Source of the DNA: Mytilus californianus
Taxonomy: Eukaryota
Direction of reading: 5' to 3'
DNA: 64,000 bases
Assembly (NCBI RefSeq): GCF_021869535.1
Contig: NW_026262648.1
Span: 806,001 to 870,000, forward strand
The notes under the pieces were generated by a model, which saw only the letters and a list, made by a program, of their open reading frames with translations, ran no database searches and was not told the origin of the DNA. Shown piece by piece: positions 13,601-22,287 of this stretch. Position numbers and translations under genes: made by a program. The first letter of the stretch is position 1; every line of letters starts with the position of its first letter.

Positions 13601-16600
13601 ATTTCCGAAACTACTTTTTTATGCTCATGTTATATATATAAAGTGATCAGAGAAACTAAATATTTTACATGTCGCAAATCAATTAATTAAATGTAAAATT
13701 AAGTTCTATACTGATTTTTAAAAAAATTTATTTCTGTTTTTTTTTCTATTTTTTATCAGAATTTGTTTGACAACATGCCCTGGCCCCAAGTTTGTGTCTC
13801 TATTCGATCCACAGTCATATCACTAATAAACCATGGAAAAGACTAAGAAGACTAAAAAAAGGTTTAAAAACAATCCACTTTGAGATGCATAATATTAATT
13901 TGCATCACATGGAAGTTATAAGTTGTATTTGCGAGTAAACTGGTTATCTGAAAGGGGTATAACGTCAGGTGTTCAATGCCTCCCGAGAAGAAACGATTCC
14001 GCTTTTGACAAAAAAATTCATACCCTCCGCAGGCATGTGCCAAAAAAATATTTTGCTACTATTTTGTTTGTTTATAGTTCCTTTTATCGTTCAAAGGAAA
14101 TTTTGGCACATGCCTGCGGAGGGTACGAATTCTCGTAAAATGTACTGAAAATCTTTGTATTCTAAGCAATAATTACAAATCATGGCGTTTTCGAGGTTCT
14201 ATTGTGACGTCACGGAACGTGATTTTTGCCGAAAATAACATGTTTTCTGAAAACACACTTTACAATGATTATTTTAGTTGGTAATATGTAACTGTGAAGG
14301 AACTTCGTATTTTTGTGAAAATTGGGGCCGATTTTGGCCCTTATTGCCCCTACTCCTTTAAGGTTTGTGTTGAATGTAAACAGACCTTTTGGTAAACTGA
14401 CTAACGTGTTATTCTCTAAATCTCTGAAAAAAAATCAATTATCATGATTACGTTAGAACATGTTACATTAAAACACGACTACTGAACTTACCAAATATTA
14501 CCAATGTGATCTCCTTGTATTCAATAACATTACACTAGACGATAAACCTGTTGAGCTATTGTCACACACTTATATTAAAACACCTTTCTATAACCTTTTA
14601 ACCTGATTTAAAATCAAATATGATCGTTTAATAAGTTTAAGTCTGACATATCATTTCTCAAGTTGACTTGGAAAGCAGTCAAAAAGTCTGCTCCAAGTTA
14701 ACGTTTGTACTGGTTAGGACTGCACACATCGGTAGATGTACGTGATTATATAAACAAAACAATTTTTAATAAAATAAAGTTTGTGTTCAGCATTAATCAC
14801 AATAATAATTCTTGTAACTTGGTATTTGATGATAACAGACTATCTGGTAAACTTTCTCAGTTGGCTACAATTTTGGATTAAAATCAGTCATCTTGATTAT
14901 GAATATCAAAAACACTGGATATATATGAATAAAGCAGACAATTCCACACAACATTTAATAAGTTATTAGTCTGATATAAATATCAATTGCACTTACAAAT
15001 ATTGACGATTTGCGTTCAATGTTAACTGACCTTCTGGTAAACTTTCCAACTTGTACTGAAGTAAATATCTAATAGAAAATCAATCATCATGAACATATTT
15101 ATTTAACCTACTTACATTCAAATTACCAAACATTTCAATGGTTGAACTTCAGCTATTCAATGGATCAAATGAAATTGTCATCAACCTGATATTGGTGGTG
15201 AAATTTGTATTGCTTTAACATTCAGCATTATCTAACAAAATTAAAATATACTGATGACAACACTACTATATGTTCTCAACACACAAGTATATTTAAGAAC
15301 AGCAGATATGTGGTGTACGTGATTAAATATACAATTTAAATGATATATGTAAGAAAAGGTCTGAGATGAGCATAAATCCTACATACAATGTTTTAAGCTT
15401 TTTGTTGTTAGAAAACATTCCTTCTGGTAAACTTACTAACATGTTAAATTCTATATATCTAGAAGAAAATCAATTATCATGATTATGTAAGAACAATTGA
15501 CATTTAAACACCGATTCTGAACTTACCAAGGATTACCATATTCGATCTCCGTGTATTCAATAGATAAAATATATTTGTCTTTAAACTGATATTATTGATG
15601 CATTTTTAAAGCTTGCAAACTAAAATAATGCGTTATATTTTATGTAACATTAGTAAACACAAGGAAAGTTTGCTTTAAAAATTTAATGATGGAATATTCA
15701 GAGTTGTCGACACACAAGTATATTGAGGAACATCGATATCCAGATTGGAGCAATCCTAACCCGTACAACAAGTTATCTTGCTAACCAGTAATATTGACTG
15801 GTCAAAGTTAACCTGTGACAGGATTTAGGACTGCTCTGACCAGTCCTAGGACCACAATCAAGTTAACTTGAAAAGCAGACTTGTTTCGGACTTCTCTTAA
15901 ACTGAGTTTTACTGTGCGTACTGTTGTACGTTTGTCTTTTCTACATTGGCTAGAGGTATAGGGGGAGGGTTGAGATCTCAAAAAACATGTTTAACCTCGC
16001 CGCATTTTTGCGCCTGTCCCAAGTCAGGAGCCTCTGGTCTTTGTTAGTCTTTTATCACTTTTAATTTTAGTTGCTTGTGTATAATTTGAAGTTAAGTATG
16101 GCGTCCATTATCACTGAACTAGTATACATATTTGTTTAAGGGCCAGCTGAAGGACGCTTCCGGGTGCGGGAGTTTCTCGCTGCATTGAAGACCAATTGGT
16201 GGTCTTCGGCTGTTGTCTGCTCTATGGTCGGGTTGTTGTCTCTTTGACACATTCCTCATTTCCATTCTCAATTTTATTGGTCCTAGGACTGGTTTTATGA
16301 CTGGCGAAAAAGTTAACTTGGATACAGGTCCGCTACTTTTATAAGTTAACTTCGAAACCAGTCCAACCATAAGTTAACTTTGATTTTGAGAACTCAGATC
16401 AAACCAGACATGATCTCAAGTTAACTTTTGGCTGGTCTGCTCAGCACTAAATTAACTTGTAACCAGGACCGCTCTAAATCAATTGTTTTTGTAAATATTT
16501 TAAAATGTCTTTGTTTTATATAAACAATACTTATTAAGTACATGAATTTTTAAATAACGTACGCAGTGCGTGTTATACACATTTCTCTTTGTCGTAGCAT

Positions 16601-19600
16601 TAATCTTATACACTTGGTTCTCAAATAAAATCGATAAAAAATAACGAATAGTACTTAGGTTGTATACAATAATAATGATAAATGAAAGCAATATTGGTGT
16701 ACAGTTACTGATATTTATCATGCTGCAATATCGGCTTACTAATATTTCCTTTTCTGCACCAATTAATAGTGCAAGCATGTCCTTATGTTATTCAAATAAT
16801 TGAATCATAAAAATCAACAGTTTTCACGTCTCAGACTGGCTCAAATATAGCAAAATTATTTGACCGCATCAACAAAAACTGACAATATTTGAACTTTATT
16901 ATGTAAATCTATATAGCCACATAGTTAATCAGTAACATTTTTATATCAGGCTGGATTGTATAATACAAATGACAGCAATATTGGAACACAATGACTACAA
17001 AATTGTGTCTGTATCAATGTAAAGTGCCAGCATGTCTCCTTTTTTTATTCAAAATATTGATTCTTAACAAAATGTCAGTAGTTTGATTGCTCAGATTGAA
17101 TTGTATAACAATATTATTTGCCGCATCAACCAAAACTGACCATATTTGCACTTGATTATGTAAATTAATATGGCCGCATAATAAATCAGTAATATATTTT
17201 ATGCCAGGATGGATTGTATGATACAAATGACAACAATATTGGAACATAATGATTACAATATTTTGTCCATATCAATTTAGAGAGCCACCATGTCCTCTTT
17301 TTATTCAAAATATTGACTTGCAACAAAATTTCAGTAGTTTTGATACCTCAGGCTGACTCGTGTAACAACAATTATTTGACCGCATCAACCAAAACTGACC
17401 ATATTTGCACTTTATTATTAAAATCTATATGGCCGCATAATAAATCAGTAATATTTTTATGTCAAGAAGGATTGTATAATACAATAAACTCATCACAGAT
17501 ACCAGGATTAAAATTAAGTACCTGCGCCTCAGGCTGTCTCGTTTTACAAAATTATTTGACCGCATCAACCAACACTGACCATAATAAACATAAGAAAGTG
17601 CAAATATGGTGAGTTTTGGTTGATTCATAATAATATTTTGTGATACGAGTCAGTCTGAGCTATCAAAACTACTGAAATTTTGTTGCGAGACAATATTTTG
17701 AATGAAAAGACGATATGCTGGCAATCTATATTGATGCGGACAACATTTTGTACTCATTGCGTTTCAATATTGCTGTCATTTGTATTATACAATCTATCAT
17801 GACATAAAAATATCTCTGATTTTTTTATGCGGCTCTATAGATTAACATATTACAGTTCAAATGTGGTCAGTTTCGGTTGATACGGTCAAATAATGTTGTG
17901 ATACTAGTCAGCCTAGGGTATCAAAACTACTGAAATTTTGTTGTGAGACAATATTTTGAATAAAAAAAGGACACGCTGGCAATCTTAACTAATGTCGACA
18001 ACATTTTGTAATCATTGTGTTCCAATATTGCTGTGATTTGTATTATACAATCAATCCTGACATAAAAATATTTCTGATATTTTTGTATGCGGCTTTATAA
18101 ATAAACATAAGAAAGTGCAAATATGGTCAGTTTTGGTGGATACGGTCAAATAATTTTGTGACAATAGTCAGCCCGAGGTATAAAAACTACTGAAATTTTG
18201 TTGTAAGACAATATTTTGAATTAAAAGAAGACATGCTGGCAATCTTAATTAATGCAGACAAAATTTTGTAATTGTGTTCCAATATTGCTGTTATTTGCAT
18301 TATAAAATCTATCCTGACATTAAAATATTTCTTATTTTTCATGCGGCTATATAAATAAACTTAAGAAAGTGCAGATATGGTCAGTTTTGGGCGATGCGGT
18401 CGACAAATTTTGTTGTACTAGTAAGCCTGAGGTATCAAATGAGATGTGAAAAATGCCGATTTTTGGTGTTGATTCAATTATTTTAATAAAAAAAAAGAAC
18501 ATGCTTGCGCTGTTGATTGGTGCAGAAAAAGAAATATTAGAAAGCCGACCATAAACATGATAAATAACAATAACTGTAAACCAATATTGCTTTCAATTAT
18601 CATGATTTGTTTATGTGATCTTAAGTCCTATTCGTAATTGGGATTGTTTATCGATGTTATCTGATAACCAAGTTTATAAGATTAATGCCACATTTTAAAA
18701 CCGATTATAACTTTCAACATTTTATATAAAATAAATGTATATACGACTTTAAAAATTTGATATTTATTAGAATATATATTCAATGTCCGTTAGCATTGTA
18801 ACCAATGTCGTTTTCAATTGATAGAAAGGCAGATCACGGATAAATTTTTATTGTACGATTAAAAGTTTTATGCGTATATTTTTTTAAAAACATGTATTTA
18901 ATCTGTATTGTTTATATAATGGAAATATTATATTAACCTTACTTTCTATGTTTATACTAAGAAACAAGTAAATTAATGTGAGCAGACCAGCCAAAAGTTA
19001 CCTTGAGATCAGGTCTGGTTCGATCTGAGTGGTCAAAATCAAAGGTAACTTATGTTAAGTTATGGAAGGACCGGTTATGAAGTTATCTTATAAGAATAGC
19101 GGACCTGTTTCCAAGTTAAATGTTTCGGCAGACATAAAACAGTCCTAGGACCAAGTCCGTTTTTATTGTTAACTTGATTGTGGTTATATGACGGATCAGA
19201 GCAGTCCTAAATCCTTTCACAGGCAACTTTGACCAGTCACAATGACTGGTTATCAAGTTACCTTGCTGTACAGGTTAGGACTGCACCCATCTGTAGGTCT
19301 AGTTTACCAACGACGAAGTTAAATTGCTTTTCTGCTTAAAATGTCTGAAGTTAACTTGATAAGCAGTCAAAACGTCTACTTCAAGTTAACTTCTGTACAG
19401 GTTAGGACTGCACACATCTGTAGATCTACGTGATTATCTAAACAAATCAATCTTTAATAAAACAAAGTTTGTGTTAAGAATTAATCACAATAATATTACA
19501 ATTCTTGTATCTTGGTGTTTGATGATAACAGACTATCTGGTAAACTAACTTAGTTGGCTACAACTTTGAAATAAAATCAGTCATCTTGATTATGTATATC

Positions 19601-20231
19601 AACAACACAGGGTACAGGTGAACAAGGTAGAAAATTCCACAGAGCATTTGATAAGTTTAAGTCTGATATAAATATCAATTGCACTTACAATTCAAGTCAG
19701 GAATATGACAGTTGTTATCCCTTCGTTTGAGGTGTTTGAGCTTTTTATTTTGCTATTTGATTAGCGACTTTCCATTTTGGATTTTCCATGGAGTTCAGTA
19801 TTTTTGAAATTTCACTTTTTACAAATATTGAAGATTTGTGTTCAATTTTGATATACCTCTTGGTCAACTTTCCCACGTGTTAGTCAGTCAATATCTAATA
19901 GAAAATCAACGATTATGAATATACTTAATAGACCTACTGATATTCAAATTGCCAAACATTTCAAAGGTCTTCAGTAAATTAATGTAATTTTAATTGCTTC
20001 AAAAGTCATAGTTAAATAGTGACATAGTTAAACTTGGATGATATCAAAACTGCTGAGTTCTTGGCACATACGTATATTGAAGATATGTTTGTAAATGATT
20101 AAATATATAATATAATCCAAAATAAAATAAAGTCTGAGATGAGCATAATTAATACTTACAATGTTTCAAGATTCGTGTTCGAAAACAACAGATCTTTTGG
20201 TAAATTTACTAAGTTGTTAGATCCCATATAT
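4477..20231 (-). CDS. Multi-exon LRR + LRRCT gene (extracellular LRR receptor-like), partial; mix of intact and pseudogenised 72-nt exons; may be a pseudogene overall
   Basis: The recurrent plus-strand motif CTGGTAAACT is the reverse complement of AGT TTA CCA G (S-L-P). Exons are bounded by AG/GT in phase 2-2 and translate to xLxxNxLxxLPxxLFxxNxxLxxL. Confidence 0.8.
4928..7661 (-). pseudogene. Dead LRR exons at about 4928-5000, 5852-5910, 6255-6335, 6525-6596, 6790-6861 and 7590-7661
   Basis: The SLP(E/D) LRR frame is recognisable but carries stop codons, indels or mutated splice sites. Confidence 0.75.
7152..7223 (-). CDS. Intact 72-nt LRR exon
   Basis: ttcttccag| YIESNNLISLPKDLFVSNTNLLSL |gtaagt. 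Confidence 0.85.
9547..11646 (-). CDS. DDE transposase, 699 aa: N-terminal Cys clusters, HTH, DDE_Tnp_4-like core, C-terminal SWIM finger
   Basis: Motifs ADGTYIHIQK, VDRGF, IRWVVESVNGHIK; SWIM-like CQCKAGSRVVGTCSH; N-terminal CxxC...CxxC and CxxC...CCxxH. Confidence 0.9.
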   Translation of the reverse strand: MSTPRNYTCILCSKRPKTRDRRKLIGPNNKSLRKCLQQKFFIEQDKINHTNSVICNKCRIRCSREIDTNVRCPIQTTISELNNDDTEYVPPTKYARCHPCKSPPSIALPIPSAGGGHSQCVVCKRRGPKLVVVPTNARFNLFLDKLIVLTVGARCCPGHLCNEIFLPDALDRISHSQSSSIFNRTDLMDLIMQIRDMALRGSKRQIDFDTENALTSSDILNLTGLSKENFNDLCSIVQKGNLRVRTCIGIFLTKLKSGLSNKLLSTLFNFGKDSVRRAIASARKFLSDNLVPSNLGFNHISREEVITSHTRPLAQSLFGKGMYPAIIVADGTYIHIQKSSQFKFQRKCYSMHKHRPLVKPMVFVTTSGYIISVIGPYFSDGKNNDAQIMKHIIQHDIEEFKEWVTEDDIMIVDRGFRDALDLLQEMGIQTKMPAFNKKGESQLPVEDSNVTRLVTKIRWVVESVNGHIKSWKYLDRVLPHSQIPFVSDYVNIACAIMNKYWQELNTGDSEQDEQLVSKMLYLSKQKNLLHEKIIEEGLDKRSCKWQKIDASSAPTFPRLSEEDIRNITVGVYQLKLAPSYTREHLDDDGYYEVFTYDHEENLLCAKIQSRHISSKCYRVWVKYDDISVVGWYCQCKAGSRVVGTCSHVTALIWYLGIGKYTDRIFENCRDWSKYLLDARNLPDPVTVDESDNDEANDEE
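14016..14130. repeat. Internal hairpin in the transposon subterminal region
   Basis: 14021-14045 is the exact reverse complement of 14101-14125, with a 55-nt spacer. Confidence 0.9.
14360..14424 (-). pseudogene. LRR exon split by the transposon insertion (its donor site is at 7954-7959)
   Basis: ttttcag| DLENNTLVSLPKGLFTFNTNLK runs directly into the TIR; gtaagt lies just beyond the other TIR. Confidence 0.75.
14807..14872 (-). pseudogene. Dead LRR exon (66 nt); paralogous copy at 19500-19565
   Basis: Both copies have the same 6-nt deletion, a stop at the same Leu codon and a CAA acceptor. Confidence 0.75.
14997..15068 (-). CDS. 72-nt LRR exon, open frame but with consensus substitutions
   Basis: tattag| YLLQYKLESLPEGQLTLNANRQYL |gtaagt. 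Confidence 0.6.
15387..15458 (-). CDS. Intact 72-nt LRR exon
   Basis: ttcttctag| YIEFNMLVSLPEGMFSNNKKLKTL |gtatgt. Confidence 0.85.
15893..16278 (+). repeat. High-copy short interspersed repeat; related copies at about 29950-30100, 31140-31435, 53640-53960, 54140-54420, 55820-56140, 57760-58030, 61975-62340 and 63790-64000
   Basis: Shared cores CCTGTCCCAAGTCAGGAGCCT and/or TTGTCTCATTGGCAATCATACCACATC; more than one subfamily. Confidence 0.8.
16800..18430. repeat. ~258-bp tandem repeats arranged as two head-to-head arrays
   Basis: The anchor CCGCATCAAC is at 16864, 17121, 17380 and 17560; reverse anchors are near 17619, 17875, 18135 and 18389. Confidence 0.9.
20160..20231 (-). CDS. Intact 72-nt LRR exon
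   Basis: tccttcag| YMGSNNLVNLPKDLLFSNTNLETL |gtaagt. Confidence 0.85.
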
Positions 20232-22234
20232 CTGAAGGACAATCAATTATCATGATTATATAAGAACATATGGCATACAAAAACCTGATACTGAACTTAC
20301 CAAAGATTTTCAAATTCCATCTCCTTATACATGTTATATTTAATCGATAAAATATATTTATCTTTAAAGAAAAAATTCTTGATTTTTTACTTATCTTATT
20401 ATGTTCATAATAACATACAAAACACATTCACCAAACTGTATTTATATATAAACAATAATAAAGAAGAATATTGGAAATTATTAATTGCCTTTATTTGGAA
20501 TATACCAGTTTATTGTGACATACTTTTAAACTGGGGCATGCCGGGAATGGAATTAATATCAATTCAAGTCTTGCTCGTTTATCATTTAAAAAATATGTTA
20601 AAGCACATCGATGAATGTTTTGAAAAGCTATTAACCAACTCCTAATCCAAAAAATAAAACGAACAGTCGTGCAACATCTCTAAATTCTTATGGTAACGGC
20701 AGATATATATTTCATAGATTTCTATTGTGCTTATAGTAATAAAAGTAAATCGTACAATAAAAATGTTTTGTTAAAAAAAAAATTCTGACGGATATGTTGA
20801 ACGAATATATATAACTGATAATTTGATTACAATGAATGCATGTTTTCTGACTTTAATTCAGTCTAGCAAACATTTCCCCGCTAGTCGTGGTTAAATTCCC
20901 AGTAAAAAAGTTAGCATTCTGTGAATCTATTCTGTTGATCTTCACTCGAGTGTATTTAAGACTCCAGGGTTCACCTGTCCAAGTGTGACTAACATCTCGT
21001 AAGGATGATAAGAGAGAATTGCGAGTTTCAGACACAAAAAATAAAGAAGGAATTAAATTATTTGGGGAGGGGGGCGAGATGGTGGCAAAATACCTGGATC
21101 ACCGTTGTATATTTTTTTTATACTTTGCGTAAGGTCAGTTTTAAATAAATTATGTCAGATGAATATTTTATTGTGATGATAGACTACTGAATTTAGTCTT
21201 TATTGAATAATTTTATAAACAGAAAAGGCCCCCAAAAAAGAGTGTAAACTAAGAAATGTTCTAAATGTGCATACAATATTATAAATTTGCATTTATATAT
21301 GTTTATTTTACTTTATTTACGGAAATCTTTTACTCTATCGGAATTCTTTTACTTGTATTAAATCTGGCGATGTATATTTAAAATGCGACCTGGTGAAAAA
21401 TATCGAAAACTACCTAAATGGTAGAGTGTTCAATTGAAAAAACAAAACCGTTGGAGAACAATGTGCATGATTATCGGTATTATTTCTGTACGACTGTTCT
21501 TTTGATCTTTATCCGAGTATTCATGTATATAAACAAAAATAATTTAATATTCAGAGGGGAGACAGGGTGGCAAATACATTGATTTCCGTGGAATATTTTT
21601 TTTATCTTTTGCGTTTGCTCCATTGCCAATTATGTAATAAATCATGAAATATTAAACATGTATTTTACAGAATAATGATTCGGGAAATTAAAGATGTATA
21701 GAAAAGGACAAAATAGCATTGAAATAATTTGGTACCTCTGAAGCGCTGTTCACTAACCCCATCGGGAACCCTTTTATTAAAGTATTTGAAAATTGCCGTG
21801 TAAAATTAAAAAAAAATGTATAATTTTTTTTTCAATATTGGTGTATTAGACCTATAACGTGTCCGACTTTTACGGTGCATTCAAAGTGACTATCGCACCT
21901 ACAGCGGTTTCACCCGGAGTCTCAGTAAAAAAATCTTGTAAAGATCTAAATAATTACTTTTTAACAGAATGTTGATAACACGGTTATATCAATAATAGAA
22001 TAAAGTATAAATACAAGCTTATTAGATAATTAATGTTTCCGTTATTGCTTATTGTTTAAGAAAACAATTCTTGATCAAAATTTTTCAATATTGATCATAT
22101 GAATAACTTTAATTCACTTTATATTGTATTTATATGAATTGGAGCGTATTTTTTCATAATACGAAGATTTATATATGGTTGCTAAAATTGTCTGTTGACT
22201 TTGTCGTGGTTAATAGCATGGGTACAAATGTACG

Positions 22235-22238
<4 letters not shown>

Positions 22239-22284
<46 letters not shown>
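22239..22284. repeat. (TA)n microsatellite at the 3' end of PLE 3
   Basis: Pure AT dinucleotide run. Confidence 0.95.

Positions 22285-22287
<3 letters not shown>

Larger units (their letters stand above)
7962..14359 (-). mobile_element. ~6.4-kb TIR DNA transposon of the PIF/Harbinger-ISL2EU (DDE_Tnp_4)-like class
   Basis: 37-bp TIRs at 7962-7998 and 14323-14359 (one mismatch: AAAGGAGTA(A/G)GGGCAATAAGGGCCAAAATCGGCCCCA) enclose an intact transposase ORF. Confidence 0.9.
15741..19293. mobile_element. Non-autonomous foldback element with long TIRs (CAG...CTG ends, TA on the right flank)
   Basis: The left arm 15741-16460 (interrupted by a repeat at ~15893-16278) mirrors 18975-19293, and 16670-17590 mirrors 17600-18600. 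No ORF found. Confidence 0.85.

Noticed and set aside
16800-18430. CRISPR-like array (also considered for 35872-36062 and 38075-38790)
   Set aside because: These are contiguous tandem units without unique spacers, there are no cas genes, and the context is eukaryotic.
4960-20210. Recurrent CTGGTAAACTT as plus-strand splice donors or a regulatory repeat
   Set aside because: Fully explained as the reverse complement of the S-L-P codons inside minus-strand LRR exons.
20853-21035. ORF ending GNLTTTSGEMFARLN as the 5' exon of the LRR gene
   Set aside because: Only a weak LRR resemblance, no convincing signal peptide and no suitable splice donor found.
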